Assembly: GCA_964057225.1 (NCBI GenBank)
Contig: CAXKVF010000072.1
Coordinates: 620,001-684,000, forward strand
Length of the DNA: 64,000 nt
Origin: Auanema rhodensis
Taxonomy: Eukaryota > Animalia > Nematoda
Reading direction: 5' to 3'
The first letter of the stretch is position 1. Every line of letters begins with the position of its first letter. The notes beneath the pieces were generated by a model that made no database searches, was not told the DNA's origin, and was given only the letters and a program-made list of their open reading frames with translations. The translations under genes and the position numbers were made by a program. This document shows positions 1-12,800 of the stretch, piece by piece.

Positions 1-176
1 TGGACATGGGGAATCTACTTTTGAAAACCGCATCTCTTTATCTTTCACGTGAAGCGAGTTACATACCAAGTGCACATCACGTGTACATTTAATTAGCATA
101 AATTAAAGTTCACGTAAATTTCAAAGTCATGGTTACCATGAACCAATATCAATAAAAATTTGTTTTTAGACTAATA
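1..176 (+). repeat. Reference monomer (consensus except A18C)
   Basis: Direct reading; about 40% GC in positions 1-90 and about 23% GC in 91-176. Confidence 0.98.
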
Positions 177-1299
177 TGGACATGGGGAATCTAATTTTGA
201 AAACCGCATCTCTTTATCTTTCACGTGAAGCGAGTTACATACCAAGTGCACATCACGTGTACATTTAATTAGCATAAATTAAAGTTCACGTAAATTTCAA
301 AGTCATGGTTACCATGAACCAATATCAATAAAAATTTGTTTTTAGACTAATATGGACATGGGGAATCTAATTTTGAAAACCGCATCTCTTCATCTTTCAC
401 GTGAAGCGAGTTACATACCAAGTGCACATCACGTGTACATTTAATTAGCATAAATTAAAGTTCACGTAAATTTCAAAGTCATGGTTACCATGCACCAATA
501 TCAATAAAAATTTGTTTTTAGACTAATATGGACATGGGGAATCTAATTTTGAAAACCGCATCTCTTTATCTTTCACGTGAAGCGAGTTACATACCAAGTG
601 CACATCACGTGTACATTTAATTAGCATAAATTAAAGTTCACGTAAAATTCAAAGTCATGGTTACCATGAACCAATATCAATAAATATTTGTTTTTAGACT
701 AATATGGACATGGGGAATCTAATTTTGAAAACCGCATCTCTTTATCTTTCACGTGAAGCGAGTTACATACCAAGTGCACATCACGTGTACATTTAATTAG
801 CATAAATTAAAGTTCACGTAAAATTCAAAGTCATGGTTACCATGCACCAATATCAATAAAAATTTGTTTTTAGACTAATATGCACATGGGGAATCTAATT
901 TTGAAAACCGCATCTCTTTATCTTTCACGTGAAGCGAGTTACATACCAAGTGCACATCACGTGTACATTTAATTAGCATAAATTAAAGTTCACGTAAATT
1001 TCAAAGTCATGGTTACCATGCACCAATATCAATAAAAATTTGTTTTTAGACTAATATGGACATGGGGAATCTAATTTTGAAAACCGCATCTCTTTATCTT
1101 TCACGTGAAGCGAGTTACATACCAAGTGCACATCACGTGTACATTTAATTAGCATAAATTAAAGTTCACGTAAATTTCAAAGTCATGGTTACCATGAACC
1201 AATATCAATAAAAATTTGTTTTTAGACTAATATGGACATGAGGAATCTAATTTTGAAAACCGCATCTCTTTATCTTTCACGTGAAGCGACTTACATACC

Positions 1300-3480
1300 A
1301 AGTGCACATCACGTGTACATTTAATTAGCATAAATTAAAGTTCACGTAAATTTCAAAGTCATGGTTACCATGAACCAATATCAATAAAAATTTGTTTTTA
1401 GACTAATATGGACATGTTGAATCTAATTTTGAAAACCGCATCTCTTTATCTTTCACGTGAAGCGAGTTACATACCAAGTGCACATCACGTGTACATTTAA
1501 TTAGCATAAATTAAAGTTCACGTAAATTTCAAAGTCATGGTTACCATGAAGCAATATCAATAAAAATTTGTTTTTAGACTAATATGGACATGGGGAATCT
1601 AATTTTGAAAACCGCTTCTCTTTATCTTTCACGTGAAGCGAGTTACATACCAAGTGCACATCACGTGTACATTTAATTAGCATAAATTAAAGTTCACGTA
1701 AATTTCAAAGTCATGGTTACCATGAAGCAATATCAATAAAAATTTGTTTTTAGACTAATATGGACATGAAGAATCTAATTTTGAAAACCGCATCTCTTTA
1801 TCTTTCACGTGAAGCGAGTTACATACCAAGTGCACATCACGTGTACATTTAATTAGCATAAATTAAAGTTCACGTAAATTTCAAAGTCATGGTTACCATG
1901 AACCAATATCAATAAAAATTTGTTTTTAGACTAATATGGACATGGGGAATCTAATTTTGAAAACCGCATCTCTTTATCTTTCACGTGAAGCGAGTTACAT
2001 ACCAAGTGCACATCACGTGTACATTTAATTAGCATAAATTAAAGTTCACGTAAATTTCAAAGTCATGGTTACCATGAACCAATATCAATAAAAATTTGTT
2101 TTTAGACTAATATGGACATGGGTAATCTAATTTTGAAAACCGCATCTCTTTATCTTTCACGTGAAGCGAGTTACATACCAAGTGCACATCACGTGTACAT
2201 TTAATTAGCATAAATTAAAGTTCACGTAAATTTCAAAGTCATGGTTACCATGAAGCAATATCAATAAAAATTTGTTTTTAGACTAATATGGACATGGGGA
2301 ATCTAATTTTGAAAACCGCTTCTCTTTATCTTTCACGTGAAGCGAGTTACATACCAAGTGCACATCACGTGTACATTTAATTAGCATAAATTAAAGTTCA
2401 CGTAAATTTCAAAGTCATGGTTACCATGAACCAATATCAATAAAAATTTGTTTTTAGACTAATATGGACATGGGGAATCTAATTTTGAAAACCGCATCTC
2501 TTTATCTTTCACGTGAAGCGAGTTACATACCAAGTGCACATCACGTGTACATTTAATTAGCATAAATTAAAGTTCACGTAAATTTCAAAGTCATGGTTAC
2601 CATGAACCAATATCAATAAAAATTTGTTTTTAGACTAATATGGACATGTTGAATCTAATTTTGAAAACCGCATCTCTTTATCTTTCACGTGAAGCGAGTT
2701 ACATACCAAGTGCACATCACGTGTACATTTAATTAGCATAAATTAAAGTTCACGTAAATTTCAAAGTCATGGTTACCATGAAGCAATATCAATAAAAATT
2801 TGTTTTTAGACTAATATGGACATGGGGAATCTAATTTTGAAAACCGCTTCTCTTTATCTTTCACGTGAAGCGAGTTACATACCAAGTGCACATCACGTGT
2901 ACATTTAATTAGCATAAATTAAAGTTCACGTAAATTTCAAAGTCATGGTTACCATGAAGCAATATCAATAAAAATTTGTTTTTAGACTAATATGGACATG
3001 AAGAATCTAATTTTGAAAACCGCATCTCTTTATCTTTCACGTGAAGCGAGTTACATACCAAGTGCACATCACGTGTACATTTAATTAGCATAAATTAAAG
3101 TTCACGTAAATTTCAAAGTCATGGTTACCATGAACCAATATCAATAAAAATTTGTTTTTAGACTAATATGGACATGGGGAATCTAATTTTGAAAACCGCA
3201 TCTCTTTATCTTTCACGTGAAGCGAGTTACATACCAAGTGCACATCACGTGTACATTTAATTAGCATAAATTAAAGTTCACGTAAATTTCAAAGTCATGG
3301 TTACCATGAACCAATATCAATAAAAATTTGTTTTTAGACTAATATGGACATGGGTAATCTAATTTTGAAAACCGCATCTCTTTATCTTTCACGTGAAGCG
3401 AGTTACATACCAAGTGCACATCACGTGTACATTTAATTAGCATAAATTAAAGTTCACGTAAATTTCAAAGTCATGGTTAC
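1300..3480 (+). repeat. Local duplication with 7-monomer (1232-bp) offset
   Basis: Rare markers repeat in order: CATGTTGAAT (monomers at 1409/2641), CGCTTCTC (1585/2817), CATGAAGAAT (1761/2993), GGGTAAT (2113/3345). Boundaries approximate. Confidence 0.85.
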
Positions 3481-5280
3481 CATGCACCAATATCAATAAA
3501 AATTTGTTTTTAGACTAATATGGACATGGGGAATCTAATTTTGAAAACCGCATCTCTTTATCTTTCACGTGAAGCGAGTTACATACCAAGTGCACATCAC
3601 GTGTACATTTAATTAGCATAAATTAAAGTTCACGTAAATTTCAAAGTTATGGTTACCATGCACCAATATCAATAAAAATTTGTTTTTAGACTAATATGGA
3701 CATGGGGAATCTAATTTTGAAAACCGCATCTCTTTATCTTTCACGTGAAGCGAGTTACATACCAAGTGCACATCACGTGTACAATTAATTAGCATAAATT
3801 AAAGTTCACGTAAATTTCAAAGTCATGGTTACCATGAACCAATATCAATAAAAATTTGTTTTTAGACTAATATGGACATGGGGAATCTAATTTTGAAAAC
3901 CGCATTTCTTTATCTTTCACGTGAAGCGAGTCACATACCAAGTGCACATCACGTGTACATTTAATTAGCATAAATTAAAGTTCACGTAAATTTCAAAGTC
4001 ATGGTTACCATGCACCAATATCAATAAAAATTTGTTTTTAGACTAATATGGACATGGGGAATCTAATTTTGAAAACCGCATCTCTTTATCTTTCACGTGA
4101 AGCGAGTTACATACCAAGTGCACATCACGTGTACATTTAATTAGCATAAATTAAAGTTCACGTAAATTTCAAAGTCATGGTTACCATGCACCAATATCAA
4201 TAAAAATTTGTTTTTAGACTAATATGGACATGGGGAATCTAATTTTGAAAACCGCATCTCTTTATCTTCCACGTGAAGCGAGTTACATACCAAGTGCACA
4301 TCACGTGTACATTTAATTAGCATAAATTAAAGTTCACGTAAATTTCAAAGTCATGGTTACCATGAACCAATATCAATAAAAATTTGTTTTTAGACTAATA
4401 TGTACATGGGGAATCTAATTTTGAAAACCGCATCTCTTCATATTTCACGTGAAGCGAGTTACATACCAAGTGCACATCACGTGTACATTTAATTAGCATA
4501 AATTAAAGTTCACGTAAATTTCAAAGTCATGGTTACCATGCACCAATATCAATAAAAATTTGTTTTTAGACTAATATGGACATGGGGAATCTAATTTTGA
4601 AAACCGCATCTCTTTATCTTTCACGTGAAGCGAGTTACATACCAAGTGCACATCACGTGTACATTTAATTAGCATAAATTAAAGTTCACGTAAATTTCAA
4701 AGTTATGGTTACCATGCACCAATATCAATAAAAATTTGTTTTTAGACTAATATGGACATGGGGAATCTAATTTTGAAAACCGCATCTCTTTATCTTTCAC
4801 GTGAAGCGAGTTACATACCAAGTGCACATCACGTGTACAATTAATTAGCATAAATTAAAGTTCACGTAAATTTCAAAGTCATGGTTACCATGAACCAATA
4901 TCAATAAAAATTTGTTTTTAGACTAATATGGACATGGGGAATCTAATGTTGAAAACCGCATCTCTTCATATTTCACGTGAAGCGAGTTACATACCAAGTG
5001 CACATCACGTGTACATTTAATTAGCATAAATTAAAGTTCACGTAAATTTCAAAGTCATGGTTACCATGCACCAATATCAATAAAAATTTGTTTTTAGACT
5101 AATATGGACATGGGGAATCTAATTTTGAAAACCGCATCTCTTCATATTTCACGTGAAGCGAGTTACATACCAAGTGCACATCACGTGTACATTTAATTAG
5201 CATAAATTAAAGTTCACGTAAATTTCAAAGTCATGGTTACCATGCACCAATATCAATAAAAATTTGTTTTTAGACTAATA

Positions 5281-5457
5281 TGGACATGGGGAATCTAATT
5301 TTTTAAAACCGCATCTCTTTATCTTTCACGTGAAGCGAGTTACATACCAAGTGCACATCACGTGTACATTTAATTAGCATAAATTAAAGTTCACGTAAAT
5401 TTCAAAGTCATGGTTACCATGCACCAATATCAATAAAAATTTGTTTTTAGACTAATA
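5281..5457 (+). repeat. 177-bp monomer (G23 replaced by TT at about 5303-5304)
   Basis: CTAATTTTTTAAAACC versus consensus CTAATTTTGAAAACC; downstream phase shifts by +1. Confidence 0.9.
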
Positions 5458-6865
5458 TGGACATGGGGAATCTAATTTTGAAAACCGCATCTCTTTATCT
5501 TCCACGTGAAGCGAGTTACATACCAAGTGCACATCACGTGTACATTTAATTAGCATAAATTAAAGTTCACGTAAATTTCAAAGTCATGGTTACCATGAAC
5601 CAATATCAATAAAAATTTGTTTTTAGACTAATATGTACATGGGGAATCTAATTTTGAAAACCGCATCTCTTCATATTTCACGTGAAGCGAGTTACATACC
5701 AAGTGCACATCACGTGTACATTTAATTAGCATAAATTAAAGTTCACGTAAATTTCAAAGTCATGGTTACCATGAACCAATATCAATAAAAATTTGTTTTT
5801 AGACTAATATGGACATGGGGAATCTAATTTTGAAAACCGCATCACTTTATCTTTCACGTGAAGCGAGTTACATACCAAGTGCACATCACGTGTACATTTA
5901 ATTAGCATAAATTAAAGTTCACGTAAATTTCAAAGTCATGGTTACCATGCACCAATATCAATAAAAATTTGTTTTTAGACTAATATGGACATGGGGAATC
6001 TAATGTTGAAAACCGCATCTTTTTATCTTTCACGTGAAGCGAGTTACATACCAAGTGCACATCACGTGTACATTTAATTAGCATAAATTAAAGTTCACGT
6101 AAATTTCAAAGTCATGGTTACCATGAACCAACATCAATAAAAATTTGTTTTTAGACTAATATGGACATGGGGAATCTAATGTTGAAAACCGCATCTCTTT
6201 ATCTTTCACGTGAAGCGAGTTACATACCAAGTGCACATCACGTGTACATTTAATTAGCATAAATTAAAGTTCACGTAAATTTCAAAGTCATGGTTACCAT
6301 GAACCAATATCAATAAAAATTTGTTTTTAGACTAATATGGACTTGGGGAATCTAATTTTGAAAACCGCATCTCTTTATCTTTCACGTGAAGCGAGTTACA
6401 TACCAAGTGCACATCACGTGTACATTTAATTAGCATAAATTAAAGTTCACGTAAATTTCAAAGTCATGGTTACCATGCACCAAAATCAATAAAAATTTGT
6501 TTTTAGACTAATATGGACATGGGGAATCTAATTTTGAAAACCGCATCTCTTTATCTTTCACGTGAAGCGAGTTACATACCAAGTGCACATCACGTGTACA
6601 TTTAATTAGCATAAATTAAAGTTCACGTAAATTTCAAAGTCATGGTTACCATGCACCAATATCAATAAAAATTTGTTTTTAGACTAATATGGACATGGGG
6701 AATCTAATGTTGAAAACCGCATCTCTTTATCTTTCACGTGAAGCGAGTTACATACCAAGTGCACATCACGTGTACATTTAATTAGCATAAATTAAAGTTC
6801 ACGTAAATTTCAAAGTCATGGTTACCATGAACCAATATCAATAAAAATTTGTTTTTAGACTAATA

Positions 6866-9800
6866 TGGACATGGGGAATCTAATTTTGAAAACCGCATCT
6901 CTTTATCTTTCACGTGAAGCGAGTTACATACCAAGTGCACATCACGTGCACATTTAATTAGCATAAATTAAAGTTCACGTAAATTTCAAAGTCATGGTTA
7001 CCATGCACCAATATCAATAAAAATTTGTTTTTAGACTAATATGGACATGGGGAATCTAATGTTGAAAACCGCATCTTTTTATCTTTCACGTGAAGCGAGT
7101 TACATACCAAGTGCACATCACGTGTACATTTAATTAGCATAAATTAAAGTTCACGTAAATTTCAAAGTCATGGTTACCATGAACCAATATCAATAAAAAT
7201 TTGTTTTTAGACTAATATGGACATGGGGAATCTAATGTTGAAAACCGCATCTCTTTATCTTTCACGTGAAGCGAGTTGCATACCAAGTGCACATCACGTG
7301 TACATTTAATTAGCATAAATTAAAGTTCACGTAAATTTCAAAGTCATGGTTACCATGAACCAATATCAATAAAAATTTGTTTTTAGACTAATATGGACAT
7401 GGGGAATCTAATTTTGAAAACCGCATCTCTTTATCTTTCACGTGAAGCGAGTTACATACCAAGTGCACATCACGTGTACATTTAATTAGCATAAATTAAA
7501 GTTCACGTAAATTTCAAAGTCATGGTTACCATGAACCAATATCAATAAAAATTTGTTTTTAGACTAATATGGACATGGGGAATCTAATGTTGAAAACCGC
7601 ATCTCTTTATCTTTCACGTGAAGCGAGTTGCATACCAAGTGCACATCACGTGTACATTTAATTAGCATAAATTAAAGTTCACGTAAATTTCAAAGTCATG
7701 GTTACCATGAACCAATATCAATAAAAATTTGTTTTTAGACTAATATGGACATGGGGAATCTAATTTTGAAAACCGCATCTCTTTATCTTCCACGTGAAGC
7801 GAGTTACATACCAAGTGCACATCACGTGTACATTTAATTAGCATAAATTAAAGTTCACGTAAATTTCAAAGTCATGGTTACCATGAACCAATATCAATAA
7901 AAATTTGTTTTTAGACTAATATGGACATGGGGAATCAAATTTTGAAAACCGCATCTCTTTATCTTTCACGTGAAGCGAGTTACATACCAAGTGCACATCA
8001 CGTGTACATTTAATTAGCATAAATTAAAGTTCACGTAAATTTCAAAGTCATGGTTACCATGCACCAATATCAATAAAAATTTGTTTTTAGACTAATATGG
8101 ACATGGGGAATCTAATTTTGAAAACCGCATCTCTTCATATTTCACGTGAAGCGAGTTACATACCAAGTGCACATCACGTGTACATTTAATTAGCATAAAT
8201 TAAAGTTCACGTAAATTTCAAAGTCATGGTTACCATGAACCAATATCAATAAAAATTGGTTATTAGACTAATATGGACATGGGGAATCTAATTTTGAAAA
8301 CCGCATCTCTTTATCTTTCACGTGAAGCGAGTTACATACCAAGTGCACATCACGTGTACATTTAATTAGCATAAATTAAAGTTCACGTAAATTTCAAAGT
8401 CATGGTTACCATGCACCAATATCAATAAAAATTTGTTTTTAGACTAATATGGACATGGGGAATCTAATTTTGAAAACCGCATCTCTTTATCTTCCACGTG
8501 AAGCGAGTTACATACCAAGTGCACATCACGTGTACATTTAATTAGCATAAATTAAAGTTCACGTAAATTTCAAAGTCATGGTTACCATGAACCAATATCA
8601 ATAAAAATTTGTTTTTAGACTAATATGTACATGGGGAATCTAATTTTGAAAACCGCATCTCTTTATCTTTCACGTGAAGCGAGTTACATACCAAGTGCAC
8701 ATCACGTGTACATTTAATTAGCATAAATTAAAGTTCACGTAAATTTCAAAGTCATGGTTACCATGCACCAATATCAATAAAAATTTGTTTTTAGACTAAT
8801 ATGGACATGGGGAATCTAATGTTGAAAACCGCATCTCTTTATCTTTCACGTGAAGCGAGTTACATACCAAGTGCACATCACGTGCACATTTAATTAGCAT
8901 AAATTAAAGTTCACGTAAATTTCAAAGTCATGGTTACCATGCACCAATATCAATAAAAATTTGTTTTTAGACTAATATGGACATGGGGAATCTAATGTTG
9001 AAAACCGCATCTCTTTATCTTTCACGTGAAGCGAGTTACATACCAAGTGCACATCACGTGTACATTTAATTAGCATAAATTAAAGTTCACGTAAATTTCA
9101 AAGTCATGGTTACCATGCACCAATATCAATAAAAATTTGTTTTTAGACTAATATGGACATGGGGAATCTAATTTTGAAAACCGCATCTTTTTATCTTTCA
9201 CGTGAAGCGAGTTACATACCAAGTGCACATCACGTGTACATTTAATTAGCATAAATTAAAGTTCACGTAAATTTCAAAGTCATGGTTACCATGAACCAAT
9301 ATCAATAAAAATTTGTTTTTAGACTAATATGGACATGGGGAATCTAATGTTGAAAACCGCATCTTTTTATCTTTCACGTGAAGCGAGTTACATACCAAGT
9401 GCACATCACGTGTACATTTAATTAGCATAAATTAAAGTTCACGTAAATTTCAAAGTCATGGTTACCATGAACCAATATCAATAAAAATTTGTTTTTAGAC
9501 TAATATGGACATGGGGAATCTAATGTTGAAAACCGCATCTCTTTATCTTTCACGTGAAGCGAGTTACATACCAAGTGCACATCACGTGTACATTTAATTA
9601 GCATAAAATAAAGTTCACGTAAATTTCAAAGTCATGGTTACCATGCACCAATATCAATAAAAATTTGTTTTTAGACTAATATGGACATGGGGAATCTAAT
9701 TTTGAAAACCGCATCTCTTTATCTTTCACGTGAAGCGAGTTACATACCAAGTGCACATCACGTGTACATTTAATTAGCATAAATTAAAGTTCACGTAAAT

Positions 9801-12800
9801 TTCAAAGTCATGGTTACCATGAACCAATATCAATAAAAATTTGTTTTTAGACTAATATGGACATGGGGAATCTAATGTTGAAAACCGCATCTCTTTATCT
9901 TCCACGTGAAGCGAGTTACATACCAAGTGCACATCACGTGTACATTTAATTAGCATAAATTAAAGTTCACGTAAATTTCAAAGTCATGGTTACCATGAAC
10001 CAATATCAATAAAAATTTGTTTTTAGACTAATATGGACATGGGGAATCTAATTTTGAAAACCGCATCTCTTTATCTTCCACGTGAAGCGAGTTACATACC
10101 AAGTGCACATCACGTGTACATTTAATTAGCATAAATTAAAGTTCACGTAAATTTCAAAGTCATGGTTACCATGAACCAATATCAATAAAAATTTGTTTTT
10201 AGACTAATATGGACATGGGGAATCAAATTTTGAAAACCGCATCACTTTATCTTTCACGTGAAGCGAGTTACATACCAAGTGCACATCACGTGTACATTTA
10301 ATTAGCATAAATTAAAGTTCACGTAAATTTCAAAGTCATGGTTACCATGCACCAATATCAATAAAAATTTGTTTTTAGACTAATATGGACATGGGGAATC
10401 TAATTTTGAAAACCGCATCTCTTCATATTTCACGTGAAGCGAGTTACATACCAAGTGCACATCACGTGTACATTTAATTAGCATAAATTAAAGTTCACGT
10501 AAATTTCAAAGTCATGGTTACCATGAACCAATATCAATAAAAATTGGTTATTAGACTAATATGGACATGGGGAATCCAATTTTGAAAACCGCATCTCTTT
10601 ATCTTTCACGTGAAGCGAGTTACATACCAAGTGCACATCACGTGTACATTTAATTAGCATAAATTAAAGTTCACGTAAATTTCAAAGTCATGGTTACCAT
10701 GCACCAATATCAATAAAAATTTGTTTTTAGACTAATATGGACATGGGGAATCTAATTTTGAAAACCGCATCTCTTTATCTTCCACGTGAAGCGAGTTACA
10801 TACCAAGTGCACATCACGTGTACATTTAATTAGCATAAATTAAAGTTCACGTAAATTTCAAAGTCATGGTTACCATGAACCAATATCAATAAAAATTTGT
10901 TTTTAGACTAATATGTACATGGGGAATCTAATTTTGAAAACCGCATCTCTTTATCTTTCACGTGAAGCGAGTTACATACCAAGTGCACATCACGTGTACA
11001 TTTAATTAGCATAAATTAAAGTTCACGTAAATTTCAAAGTCATGGTTACCATGCACCAATATCAATAAAAATTTGTTTTTAGACTAATATGGACATGGGG
11101 AATCTAATGTTGAAAACCGCATCTCTTTATCTTTCACGTGAAGCGAGTTACATACCAAGTGCACATCACGTGTACATTTAATTAGCATAAATTAAAGTTC
11201 ACGTAAATTTCAAAGTCATGGTTACCATGAACCAATATCAATAAAAATTTGTTTTTAGACTAATATGGACATGGGGAATCTAATTTTGAAAACCGCATCT
11301 CTTTATCTTTCACGTGAAGCGAGTTACATACCAAGTGCACATCACGTGCACATTTAATTAGCATAAATTAAAGTTCACGTAAATTTCAAAGTCATGGTTA
11401 CCATGCACCAATATCAATAAAAATTTGTTTTTAGACTAATATGGACATGGGGAATCTAATGTTGAAAACCGCATCTTTTTATCTTTCACGTGAAGCGAGT
11501 TACATACCAAGTGCACATCACGTGTACATTTAATTAGCATAAATTAAAGTTCACGTAAATTTCAAAGTCATGGTTACCATGAACCAATATCAATAAAAAT
11601 TTGTTTTTAGACTAATATGGACATGGGGAATCTAATGTTGAAAACCGCATCTCTTTATCTTTCACGTGAAGCGAGTTACATACCAAGTGCACATCACGTG
11701 TACATTTAATTAGCATAAATTAAAGTTCACGTAAATTTCAAAGTCATGGTTACCATGAACCAATATCAATAAAAATTTGTTTTTAGACTAATATGGACAT
11801 GAGGAATCTAATTTTGAAAACCGCATCTCTTTATCTTTCACGTGAAGCGAGTTACATACCAAGTGCACATCACGTGTACATTTAATTAGCATAAAATAAA
11901 GTTCACGTAAATTTCAAAGTCATGGTTACCATGCACCAATATCAATAAAAATTTGTTTTTAGACTAATATGGACATGGGGAATCTAATTTTGAAAACCGC
12001 ATCTCTTTATCTTCCACGTGAAGCGAGTTACATACCAAGTGCACATCACGTGTACATTTAATTAGCATAAATTAAAGTTCACGTAAATTTCAAAGTCATG
12101 GTTACCATGAACCAATATCAATAAAAATTTGTTTTTAGACTAATATGGACATGGGGAATCTAATTTTGAAAACCGCATCTCTTTATCTTCCACGTGAAGC
12201 GAGTTACATACCAAGTGCACATCACGTGTACATTTAATTAGCATAAATTAAAGTTCACGTAAATTTCAAAGTCATGGTTACCATGAACCAATATCAATAA
12301 AAATTTGTTTTTAGACTAATATGGACATGGGGAATCTAATTTTGAAAACCGCATCTCTTTATCTTTCACGTGAAGCGAGTTACATACCAAGTGCACATCA
12401 CGTGTACATTTAATTAGCATAAATTAAAGTTCACGTAAATTTCAAAGTCATGGTTACCATGAACCAATATCAATAAAAATTTGTTTTTAGACTAATATGG
12501 ACATGGGGAATCTAATTTTGAAAACCGCATCTCTTTATCTTCCACGTGAAGCGAGTTACATACCAAGTGCACATCACGTGTACATTTAATTAGCATAAAT
12601 TAAAGTTCACGTAAATTTCAAAGTCATGGTTACCATGAACCAATATCAATAAAAATTTGTTTTTAGACTAATATGGACATGGGGAATCAAATTTTGAAAA
12701 CCGCATCTCTTTATCTTTCACGTGAAGCGAGTTACATACCAAGTGCACATCACGTGTACATTTAATTAGCATAAATTAAAGTTCACGTAAATTTCAAAGT

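Noticed and set aside
143-156. CCAAT box, AATAAA poly(A) signal and variant TATAAT as regulatory elements
   Set aside because: Short motifs expected in AT-rich DNA, with no associated transcription unit.
1-176. Assignment to Brassica CentBr or honeybee AluI satellites (both about 176 bp)
   Set aside because: Only the length matches. The consensus lacks AAGCTT and AGCT sites, and I recognise no sequence similarity; a database search is needed.
1-176. CENP-B box
   Set aside because: Neither strand contains the TTCG....A..CGGG core.
76-176. Budding-yeast point centromere (ATCACGTG matches CDEI, followed by AT-rich DNA)
   Set aside because: The following region is only about 77% AT, there is no convincing CDEIII, and point centromeres are not tandemly arrayed.
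1-176. Tandem 5S rRNA, tRNA or snRNA gene unit
   Set aside because: No recognisable 5S or tRNA sequence, cloverleaf or Pol III A/B/C boxes.
5299-5308. Singleton +1 indel as a biologically meaningful event
   Set aside because: It occurs once in a homopolymer context and cannot be distinguished from a consensus error without reads.
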